A model generated the notes under the pieces. The model worked only from the letters and a program-made list of their open reading frames with translations. It was not told where the DNA came from and searched no databases. The translations under genes were made by a program, and so were the position numbers. A DNA stretch of 64,000 nucleotides from Malacoraja senta (lineage: Eukaryota): assembly GCA_038087875.1 (NCBI GenBank), contig CM075987.1, positions 27,344,001-27,408,000 on the forward strand. The letters run 5' to 3'. This document shows, piece by piece, positions 53,353 to 64,000 of this stretch (position 1 is its first letter; each line of letters begins with the position of its first letter).

Positions 53353-55976
53353 GTTCAGGAAGGTTTTAATCCGAAGATAGACACAAAAAGCTGGAGTAAC
53401 TCAGCGGGATAGGCAGCATCTCTGGAGAGAGGCATTCTGAAGAAGGGTCTCGACCCGAAACGTCACCCATTCCTTCTCTCCAGAGATGCTGCCTGTCCCA
53501 CTAAGTTACTCCAGCTTTTTGTGTCTATCTTCAACATATTTAGTTTAGTTTAGTTTATTGTCACAAGCACCGAGGTACCGTGAAAAGCTTTTGTTGTAGA
53601 AACATAGAAAAATACGTGCAGGAGGAGGCCATTCGGCCCTTCGTGCCATTACCGGCATTCAATATGATCATGGCTGATCATCCAGAATCAGTACCCCGTT
53701 CTTGCTTTCTCCCCATATCCCTTGATTCCCTTAGCCCTAAGATCTATATGCAGCTCTCTCTTGAATACATTAGTCACTAGTGTCTGAGGAAAGGTTTGTG
53801 TGCTATCCAGTCAGCGGAAAGACAATACATGATTACAATCGAGCCATTGGCAGTGTACAGATACATGATCTCCTTCCTGTACTCCATCTCATCATTATTT
53901 GCTTTACGGCCCACAATTGTGGTGTCATGCGCGGATTTGTAAATTGGACAATTTTTACATTGATACCAAACGTTGTGAATAAACGCTTTCTTTATTCAGG
54001 CATTATAGGTTAGATATACATGCACGTTTATTCCTCTCACACAAAGGTCATTGTTGCTGCTGCGAGGTTGTTGCTCCTGCTGAGGTGGCAGGACACTCAC
54101 ACGAAGAGAGAAGAAGAGGAAGAGAGAGGGGGGGAAGGTTGACCCGGGGTTCGTTAAATACTAAGGCACACCCCCATACCCCATGACAACTCCTTCCCGC
54201 CATTACCCACTCACGTCACCCTATCCCCGACTGCTGAGGGTTCGTGTAGCAAGTGGCCCACCCACCAGGTGGCGCCACAGAGGATGTTCAGACTGAAGAA
54301 GGGTTTCGGCCCGAAATGTTGCCTATTTCCTTCGCTCCATAGATGCTGCTGCACCCGCTGAGTTTCTCCAGCACCTTTGTCTACCTTCGATTTTCCAGCA
54401 TCTACAGTTTCTTCTTAAACATAATATACTTACACTGGCATTGATAACAGTGCAGAGCCAGCTTCATTTTGGTTCTAATTCCTACAGTTTAGTTGAGTTT
54501 AGTTTATTGTCACGTGTACCGAGGTACAGTGAAAAGCTTTTGTTGCGTGCTAACCAGTCAGTGGAAAGATAATACATGATTACAATCGAGCCATCCACAG
54601 TGTACAGATACACAATAAGGGAATAACGTTTAGTGCAAGGTAAAGCCAGCAAAGTCTGATCAAGGATAGTCCCAGGGTCCCCAATGAAGTAGATAGTAGT
54701 TCAGGACCGCTCTCTGGTTGTGGTAGGATGGTTCAGTTGCCTGATAACAGCTGGGAAGAAACTGTCCCTGAATCTGGAGGTGTGCGTTTTCACACTTCTG
54801 TACCTTTTGCCTGATGGGAGAGGGGAGAAGAGGGAGTGGCCGGGGTGCGACTGGTCCTTGATTATGCTGCTGGCCAATACGGACAGTACAGTACTGATTG
54901 GGAGAAACCTTGTCTGCTGGGAAATTTTAGTTTCGTTAAGTTTAGTTTATTATTATTGTCACGTGTACCGGGGTCCAGCGATAAGCTTTTTTGTTGCGTG
55001 CTATCCAGTCAGCGGAAAGACTACATGATTACAATCAAGCCGTCCACAGTGTGGAGAATAAGGATAAAGGGAACAACATTCGGTACAAGGTAAAGTCAGA
55101 TTAATAATAGTTGAAAAGCTCTCCAATGAGGTAGATAGCAATTCAGGATGGTTCAGTTGCCTGATAACAGCTGGGAAGAAACTGTCCCTGAATCTGGACA
55201 TAAGCATTTTCATACTTCTCTACCTGTTCATTTGTCTGTTTATTTATTGAGTATACGTGCATGTGTATATATACACACCAAACCTTTTTTCTCCGTTATG
55301 TACCAAGTTTACATATTCTGTTGTGCTGCAGCAAGTAAGAATTTCATTATCTTATCAGGGAATATGACAATAAAACACTCTTGATTCTTGCCTGATGGGA
55401 GAAAATGGAGTGACTGGGGTGAGACTGGTCCTTGATTACGCTACTGGCTTGCCCGAGGTAGTGTGAGGTGTTGATGGAGTCAATGGAAGGGAGATTGGTT
55501 TGTGTGACGGTCAAGGTGGGTTTTGAAATGATGTCTGAGCACTCGAATAGTGAAAGGCCTGGATAGAGTGGATGTGGAGAGGATGTTTCCACCAGTAAGT
55601 GAGTCCAGGACCAGAGGTCACAGCCTCAGAATAAAAGGTCGTACCTTTAGGAAGGAGTTGAGGAGGAATTTCTTTAGTCAGAGGGTGGTGAATCGGTGGA
55701 ATTCATTGCCCAGAAGGCTGTGGAGGCCAAGTCAATGGATATTTATAAGGCAGAGATAGATAGATTCTTGATTAGTGCGGGTGTTGGGGGTTATGGGGGG
55801 AAGGCAGGAGAATGGGGGTGGGAGGGAGAGATAGATCAGCCATGATTGAATGGTGGAGTAGACTTGATGGGCCGAATGGCCTGACTCTGCTCATAGAACT
55901 TCTGAACATGAGCACGCCATTGGTGTTTGCGGGGTACTGTGGTAACTAAAGGCAGCTTTGTTTCTCCCTCCTGTAG

Positions 55977-56076
55977 TGGGTGAGCGCATCGTGTTACCCC
56001 CGGCAACCACTGCTCATCCCCCAGCAGCTGGCCAGCCCACTGTATCCACGCTACACCATGGGGCAACAGATTCACG
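55977..56076 (+). CDS. STPG3-like gene exon E
   Basis: cctgtag|WVSASCYPRQPLLIPQQLASPLYPRYTMGQQIH G|gtaagg; 100 nt. Confidence 0.75.
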
Positions 56077-56411
56077 GTAAGGCAAAACCCTCGGAAAACA
56101 ATGTTGCCCCCGAGATATTACTGCATCTGCAAACGGCAGGTGAACGATCAATGCAACATCGTCATATTCCTCTGCTCACCTCCACTGACCTCCTATAGTT
56201 TAGTTTAGAGATACGGCGCGGAAACAGGCCCTTCGGCCCACCGGGTCCGTGCCGACCAGTGATTGCCGACTATTAACACTATCCCACACAAACACTAGGA
56301 CAATTTTTACATTGATACCAACCCAATTAACCTACATACCTGTACGTCTTTGGAGTGTGGAAGAAAACCAAATATTCGTACGGCTGGGTTGCCAGCCTAC
56401 ACTAACCCTAA

Positions 56412-56731
56412 TAGCCCTGTCCCACGGTACGAGTTCATTCCAAGAGCTCTCCCGAGTTTAAAAAAAATCTAACTCGTGGTCAGCACGGAGAATGAACGTA
56501 GCGGGCACGTCGGAGCTCGGGGACGTCTCTTAGTGCTAACGGCAGGTACTCGGGAAGACTCGCTAACGGCAGGTAAGCTCGGGAAGACTCGTGAAGATTT
56601 TTCAACATGATGAAAAATGTCCACGAGAGCCCCGAGTACCGACGAGCGGCCATTACCGTAAATCTCCGAGTTCGAATCAGGGCAAACTCGGGAGAGCTCT
56701 TGGAATGAACTCGTACCGTGGGACAGGGGTT
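56412..56731. mobile_element. Harbinger-type MITE
   Basis: Perfect 45-bp IR 56415-56459 / 56684-56728 beginning CCCTGTCCCAC; TAA on both flanks. Confidence 0.8.
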
Positions 56732-56833
56732 TAAACCTAATGATTCCAGGCTACATCTCTAGAACTGTGACTCTATGTTCTCCCTGTCACAAACTGCACT
56801 TTGGGTCAACAAGGTCTTTGTTTGTTTTCCAAG

Positions 56834-56947
56834 CCTACTTTCCTCGTGCGCCACTGATGTACGACCTGGTCCCAGTCGAGCAGCTGCCATTGCAGCCCCC
56901 TGTCACTCACACCATGGGGCAGCGCTTGCCACGGATCTGGAACAGAG
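56834..56947 (+). CDS. STPG3-like gene exon F
   Basis: ttttccaag|CC YFPRAPLMYDLVPVEQLPLQPPVTHTMGQRLPRIWNR G|gtaaac; 114 nt. Confidence 0.75.
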
Positions 56948-57000
56948 GTAAACACGCCAGCATCACGCATCATGTGGGGCTCAGCGAACAGAGACTCCGT

Positions 57001-57215
57001 GTACATGCACATTACATACATGATCTCTGTAGGACTTTACATACATGATCTCTGTACATGCACATTACATACATGATCTCTGTACATGCACATTACATAC
57101 ATGATCTCTGTACACACACATTACATACATGATCTCTACATGCACATTCCATGTATGGTTTCTACATACAAGAACTCTGCTTACATGGACATCACATACA
57201 TGATCTCTGTGTACA
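57001..57215. repeat. ~28-bp tandem repeat, ~7 degenerate copies
   Basis: Unit gtacatgcacattacatacatgatctct. Confidence 0.85.
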
Positions 57216-57493
57216 AGGACATTCAAGTTAAAGTGTTTGGTAACCGGGAGATGGCGTAGACCAAGGCGGACCGAGCGTAGGTGTTCGGCCCCAGTCTGCA
57301 CTTGATTTGCTGATATATATTCAGTGAAACGATCGCCCAGTCTGCGTACGTTACACTTGTGTCGTGCTGCACTTGCGCCAGTGACGCAGGGGAGGTGCTG
57401 GGGAAACTGCAAGCGTTGACCACCTCCCCACAGCAGACGCCTGGAGCGTGTGTTGCTCTGGGTCCACTGTGACTTGTCATGTTGTTGTTTCAG

Positions 57494-57624
57494 GAGCACC
57501 AGTGAGACCATGTGCCTACCGCATGGACAGAGCCCCATCCATCATGAGCTGTCCTGGCTACATGAACACAGGGCCAAGCAGTGAGGACCATCCAGACATG
57601 GAAACATCCACAACCTTCTTATAA
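57494..57624 (+). CDS. STPG3-like gene exon G (terminal coding)
   Basis: gtttcag|GA APVRPCAYRMDRAPSIMSCPGY...TTFL*; 131 nt. Confidence 0.65.
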
Positions 57625-58748
57625 ATCCCAGCACACTGACATGCCTGAGGAACTTAATCCAGCAACAATAAGTATCATTAACATTGCTCATACGTAAATT
57701 AAGTTTTATTATGACAGTATACAGTGCCTTGTGTCTTATTATCATTTGCCAAATAAGGTTCATTCTTTGGTAAATTCGATTATTTTTTAATAGTAAGGTA
57801 AATGTTTTTTACAGTTAATGATCAATAGACTAGTTCCAATCAGCCATTTTTGGTATATTAGTTTAAAAGGGTACTTAATGGTCAGTACTGACACAATGGG
57901 CCAAAGGGTCTGTTTCCATGCTATATGTTTCTGTGAAATCATCATATTCATATCAAGCTATATCATTGCTATCACGCAACACATCTCAGTCATCAACTGT
58001 GCCCAGATATTCCTAACAGACCACCCCGGCCACTCCCTCTTCTCCCCTCTCTCATCGGGCAAAAGGTACAGAAGTGTGAAAACGCACACCTCCAGATTCA
58101 GGGACAGTTTCTTCCCGGCTGTTATCAGGCAACTGAACCATCCTACCACAACCAGAGAGCGGTGCTGAACTACTATCTACCTCATTAGTGACCCTCGGAC
58201 GTTACTGGATTTTATCTTTCACTAAACATTATTCACATTGTTCTCTTTATCATGTATCTGTACACTGTGGCCGCCCGATTGTAATCAGGTATTGTCTTTC
58301 CACTGTCCGGTTAGCACGCAACAAAAGCTTTTCACTACACCTCGGTACACGTGACAATAAACTAAACTGAAACTGTGTGAGATCACAAACACAGCGCAGG
58401 TCTTGAGAAGACGGCATTGTCACAGTGCAGAAGCCCCGAGGAGCAGGAAGATGCTGATGTCTCTTCGTTGTTCTGTGCAGCGGCCTGACTCAGATCACTT
58501 CTATTAATCATTTCCTTTAAGACCTGAGGAAAATTGACCAGGAACGTTCTCAGAGCCGGACCTGTTTCTCTATCATAATTCCAGGGGTTTCTCTTCCATG
58601 AGATTGGAAGAGTTCCTTGATTAGTAAAGGTTTAGTTTAGTTTAGAGATACAACGCGGAAACAGGCCCTTCAGCCCACCGGGTCCGCGCCGACCAGCGAT
58701 CTCCACACAATAACACTATCCTACACACGCTAGGGACAATTTACACAT

Positions 58749-60248
58749 CGTCATCGGCGGTCACTTGAAAAGAGTATGACTGTCCTCTCATGGAGGATGC
58801 CTGTGCGCGACTTTGTTTAACGTGCGGAGACTGGTGCACAGACAGCCACCACATTGTCCTTGGCAAACAGGAAGCAAAGAGTAGGAGTAAACGGGTCCTT
58901 TTCACAATGGCAGGCAGTGACTAGTGGGGTACCGCAAGGCTCAGTACTGGGACCCCAGCTATTTACAATTTATATTAATGATCTGGATGAGGGAATTGAA
59001 AGCAACATCTCCAAGTTTGCGGATGACACTAAGCTGGGGGGCAGTGTTAGCTGTGAGGAGGATGCTAGGAGACTGCAAGGTGACTTGGATAGGCTGGGTG
59101 AGTGGGCAAATGTTTGGCAGATGCAGTATAATGTGGATAAATGTGAGGTTATCCACTTTGGTGGCAAAAACGGGAAGGCAGACTATTATCTAAATGGTGG
59201 CCGATTAGGAAATGGGGAGATGCAGCGAGACCTGGGTGTCATGGTACACCAGTCATTGAAAGTAGGCATGCAGGTGCAGCAGGCAGTGAAGAAAGCGAAT
59301 GGTATGTTGGCTTTCATAGCAAGAGGATTTGAGTATAGGAGCAGGGAGGTTCTACTGCAGTTGTACAGGGTCTTGGTGAGACCACACCTGGAGTATTGCG
59401 TACAGTTTTGGTCTCCAAATCTGAGGAAGGACATTATAGCCATAGAGGGAGTGCAGAGAAGGTTCACCAGACTGATTCCTGGGATGTCAGGACTTTCATA
59501 TGAAGAAAGACTGGATAGACTTGGCTTATACTCGCTAGAATTTAGGAGATTGAGAGGGGATCTTATAGAAACATACAAAATTCTTATGGGGTTGGACAGG
59601 CTAGATGCAGGAAGATTGTTCCCGATATTGGGGAAGTCCAGGACAAGGGGTCACAGCTTAAGGATAAGGGGGAAATCCTTTAAGACCGAGATGAGGAAAA
59701 ACTTTTTCACACAGAGAGTGGTGAATCTCTGGAACTCTCTGCCACAGAGGGTAGTTGAGGCCAGTTCATTGGCTATATTTAAGAGGGAGTTAGATGTGGC
59801 CCTTGTGGCTAAGGGGATCAGGGGGTATGGAGAGAAGGCAGGTACGGGATACTGAGTTGGATGATCAGCCATGATCATATTGAATGGCGGTGCAGGCTCG
59901 AAGGGCCGAATGGCCTACTCCTGCACCTATTTTCTATGTATCTATGTATCTATGACAGATCTGGGTCAGGATCCAGTGGCATGGAGTCCAAGACGACCTG
60001 GGACCCTTTTCTGCTGCAGCCTTCATCCGCCTTCCCAGCCGTCATGACGCTCCACTAAGGTCAGCCATCATCCTCCGCCTGTTCCACCGTTGAGGTCTTG
60101 GTTGGATTGCTCTTTGTCAGAGACCTCCCCCTCGACCTTACTTCCATGGGTGGCCCTACCAGGAGCATAACTCCAGACGGCATCGCTCTCAGGATCTCAG
60201 GTCCACACAAGCTTCTCCACCACGACAAGGTGACAATCCACGGAGAAG
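58749..60248 (-). mobile_element. Short non-autonomous RTE (Expander/Rex3-like) element split by a CR1
   Basis: 5' end caccttgtcgtggtggagaagcttgtgt resembles recalled RTE 5' ends; 11-bp TSD aatttacacat at 58738-58748 and 60249-60259. Confidence 0.7.
58862..59952 (+). mobile_element. Young CR1 3' fragment
   Basis: Uninterrupted RT C-terminal ORF, near-identical to the copy at 15055; (tatctatg)n tail. Confidence 0.95.
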
Positions 60249-60894
60249 AATTTACACATACACCTGTCCAATTAACCTACAAACCTGTGTATGAAAGAAC
60301 TGCAGATGCTGGTTTAAATCGAAGATAGACACAAAATGCTGGAGTAACTCAGCGGAACAGGCAGCATGTCTGGAGAGAAGGAATGGGTGACGTTTTGGGT
60401 CGAGACCCTTCTTCAGACTCTTAGAGAAGGGTCTCGACCTGAAACGTCACCCATCCTTCACTCCAGAGATGCTGCCTGTCCCGCTGAGTTACTCCAGCAT
60501 TTTGTGTCAAACTACAAACCTGTACGTCTTTGGAGTGTGGGAGGAAACCGGAGTGAGGGTTATGGGGAGAAGGCAGGAGAATAGGGTTGAGAGGGAGAGA
60601 TAGATCAGCCATGGCGGGGTAGACTCGATGGGCCGAATGGCCTAATTCTGCTCCTCGAACTTATGACCTTATGAGTGGGGAAATTTCCTGCCATTGTCTT
60701 TGCAATGCTGATGGCAATACCTGGACAGGCCACTGGGGGTCAGTGTGAACCCAGACATGGTCTGGTTCCCTGTGAATCCAGTAGTGCGATATGGTGGAGT
60801 AACTCAGGGGGACAGGCAGCATCTCTTGAGAGAACGAGCTGGCTGCAATTCTCAGGATGTCCGAACTGTCTTTCGATCCTTTCGTTAAAGCACA

Positions 60895-61430
60895 GACCGA
60901 CCGATCGTTTCACTGAACACCTCTGCTCAAACCGCCTTGACCTACCTGATCTCCCGGTGGCTCAACACTTCAACTCCCCCTCCCATTCCCACACTGTCCT
61001 GGGCCTCCTCCAATGTCAGAGTGAGGCCCAGCACAAATTGGAGGAACAGCACCTCATATTTCGCTTGGGTAGCTTACACCCCAGCGGTATGAACATTGAC
61101 TTCTCCAACTTCAAGTAACCCTTGCTTTTACTCTCTCCCTGTCCCCTCCCCCAACCTAATCGTCGTACTAGTTTCACCGTCGTCCCGTTGAGTTTCACTG
61201 TATCACTCGTTATCGCCTTCCCCACAGCCAACAATAGACCATTGTGTGCTCCTCTCCTTTGTCATCATGCCTTTTTGCATATTTTTAATTCATTTGTTCT
61301 ATTTTACTATTTCTCTCATTTCCCTCTCCCCTGACTCTCAGTCTGAAGAAGGGTCTCGACCCGAAACGTCACCTATTCCTTTTCTCCAGAGATGCTGCCT
61401 GACCTGCTGAGTTACTCCAGCTTTTTGTAT
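60895..61430 (+). mobile_element. Penelope-like terminal fragment
   Basis: DRFTEH...LEEQHLIFRLGSLHPSGMNIDFSNFK and hammerhead motif 61343-61370. Confidence 0.85.
61343..61370 (+). ncRNA. Penelope-type minimal hammerhead ribozyme motif (representative copy)
   Basis: CTGAAGA-A-GGGT(CTCG)ACCC-GAAAC-GTC. Confidence 0.7.
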
Positions 61431-61956
61431 CAGTCCTAAAGCATTCCTTTACTTAGCTACAAGATCATGAGGCTTAAATACTCTTGGGTCTCTTGCTGGA
61501 GTCCAATAAAGACCCTAAAGATGGCTTTGTTTAATTTAGTTTAGAGCTAGTGCGTGGAGACAGACCCTTCGGCCCAGCGAGTCCGTGCAAACAATTAATT
61601 GTAGCTGTCTCATAGAACATAGAAACAGAACCTCTGGCCCACAATGCCAAGAAAAACCAAACTCATCTGCCTGCAAGTGATTTATAGTCTTCCATTCCCT
61701 GCATATCCATGTGACCCAAAACATCACCTATCCATGTTCCCCAGAGATGCTGCCTGACCCGCTGAGTTACTCCGGCACTTTGTGCCCTTTTGTGTAAACC
61801 AATATCTGCAGTTCCTTGTTTCTGCAGGGTTCATAAAAAATTGCAGAACTGTCATGTTTCAGTAGTTACCGCTGCTGCCTCACAGTTCCAGAGACCCAGG
61901 CATAATCCCTCAACACGTGTGCTGGCTGTGTGGAGTTTGCACGTTGCATGGGCGTA

Positions 61957-62597
61957 ACATAGATACATAGATACATAGAAAATAGGTGCAGGAGTAGGCC
62001 ATTCAGCCCTTCGAGCCTGCACCGCCATTCAATATGATCATGGCTGATCATCCAACTCAGTATCCCGTACCTGCCTTCTCTCCATACCCCCTGATCCCTT
62101 TAGCCACAAGGGCCACATCTAACTCCCTCTTAAATATAGCCAATGAACTGGCCTCAACTACCCTCTGTGGCAGAGAGTTCCAGAGATTCACCACTCTCTG
62201 TGTGAAAACGTTTTTTCTCATCTCGGTCTTAAAGGATTTCCCCCTTATCCTTAAGCTGTGACCCCTTGTCCTGGACTTCCCCAACATCGGGAACAATCTT
62301 CCTGCATCTAGCCTGTCCAACCCCATAAGAATTTTGTACGTTTCTATAAGATCCCCTCTCAATCTCCTAAATTCTAGCGAGTATAAGCCAAGTCTATCCA
62401 GTCTTTCTTCATATGAAAGTCCTGACATCCCAGGAATCAGTCTGGTGAACCTTCTCTGCACTCCCTCTATGGCTATAATGTCCTTCCTCAGATTTGGAGA
62501 CCAAAACTGTACGCAATACTCCAGGTGTGGTCTCACCAAGACCCTGTACAACCGCAGTAGAACCTCCCTGCTCCTATACTCAAATCCCTTTGCTATG
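61957..62597 (-). mobile_element. Young CR1 3' fragment
   Basis: ORF 62057..62632 is almost identical to the C-terminus of the copy at 58862. Confidence 0.95.
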
Positions 62598-64000
62598 TAA
62601 CATGCTGGTTTCCTCACACATCTCAAAAACAAGCTGGAAGAGGAATTGTCCCTTTAACATTCTTCTAGATATACATTGTTCAGTTCAGTTTAGTTTTATT
62701 TGTCACACAGGGCCAACGGTACAATGAAATGTGTTTGACAAGACAACGGGTCAGCAATGATATTGCAAGGATAAAATTAAGATAAAATAAGATAAAAGTG
62801 ACATTGGTAGGTAAAAGACAATAATAAATAAAATAATCAACATATATGAAGTGTTTATGTTCAGAAGCCTGATGGCATGATGATAAAAACTGTATATACA
62901 TGTGCCAAAATATACATGTGGCAAAAGAATTAAAGTGTTGTTAATGGGGTTGTGAGGGAGAATAAGAAGCAGGGACATGTACTGAGTAGGAAGGAACTGC
63001 AGATGCTGGTCGCAACCCGAAACATCACCCATTCCTTCTCTCCACAGATGCCGCCTGACCCACTGAGTTACACCAGCACTTTGTGTCTATCTTCGGGACT
63101 TATGTTCTGTCGGGAGCTGACATTGACCAGGTGGGCTGAAAGGCCTCCTTCTCTTTAGTCTGCTACCTATCCTCATCTGCAGCTCCTTTGTGTGTATGTC
63201 CACACCCGGATCACAGTCCCCAGCTCACTTGTTGCTAGTGGAAGTCTCTACAACACACACACCAAAACTGACGTTTATTTCTCCTCTGTGAATTGTTTCA
63301 AAGAAATGAACATCCCATGCCAGCTGTATTTCCTTTTTTTTTAATGCACTTTAATTGTGCTTATAAATAATTTTCTTTCAGTTCCAGTATATTTCACTTT
63401 ACTGATCCCCATTGAATTTGCACCCAAAACACAAACATGTTTACTTTAGTTTAGAGTCCACACCAACCAGTGATCACCCGTTCACAGTAGGTCTATGCTT
63501 TCCCAGTTTTGCATCCACTCCCTACACTCTTGGGGCTATTTACAGAAGCCAATTAACCTACAAACCCGCACGTCTTTGAAGTGTGGGAGGAAACCAGAGC
63601 ACCTGGAGAAAACTCACGTGGTTACAGGGAGAACATACAAACTTTGTACAGACAGCACCTGTAGTCGGGATCGAACCCAGGTCTCTGGCGCTGTGAGGCA
63701 GCAACTCTACCGCTGCACCACCTTGCCACTACTGTGTTATCTTGTGATAGAATTGTAGGGAGATGCCGCAGGGAAATGGGCCCTTAGTCCCAACAATTCC
63801 CCATCAACCATATCACCTATTTTTAGAAAAATTACCTATTTAAACGCATCCTTCATTTCTGCTGCTGTCTTCCCTCCCATCCTGAATTAGGCACTAAAGA
63901 TATTTGAGCAACTTTGCAAAGTAACAGGTTATTTCCTTCTATGTGGCATAATTCCCCCCCAAAATCCCCTTAATTAGTTCATTGGCTTTACGTTAAACTA

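Noticed and set aside
57523..57534. ATGGACAGAGCC identical to 49288-49299
   Set aside because: A 12-nt match with no extension; plausibly chance

Overview
Vertebrate genomic DNA. The repeat content (CR1, Penelope, HE1/V-SINE-like, Rex, L2) suggests a cartilaginous fish such as a skate or ray; this is inferred, not tested. Three spliced genes were reconstructed by hand. (1) DPH7/WDR85 on the minus strand: 8 coding exons at 12480->1563, with the last exon outside the window and a probable CpG-island promoter near 20.0-20.5 kb. (2) A complete ZMYND19 on the minus strand: 6 exons, 227 aa, with one GC-AG intron. (3) A 7-exon, phase-consistent plus-strand gene of about 316 aa (49288-57624), visible only as fragments in the ORF track. 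It resembles STPG3 (sperm-tail PG-rich repeat family) and lies head-to-head with ZMYND19 across a CpG island carrying X-box, CRE, CCAAT and E2F motifs. Introns and intergenic DNA are dense with transposons: CR1, L1, L2, RTE-X, Rex, Penelope, a non-autonomous Helitron, Harbinger MITEs, a foldback DNA element and SINEs. There are roughly 20 Penelope-type minimal hammerhead-ribozyme motifs, several of them inside short foldback hairpins. No database searches were run; homology calls come from recalled sequences and motifs.
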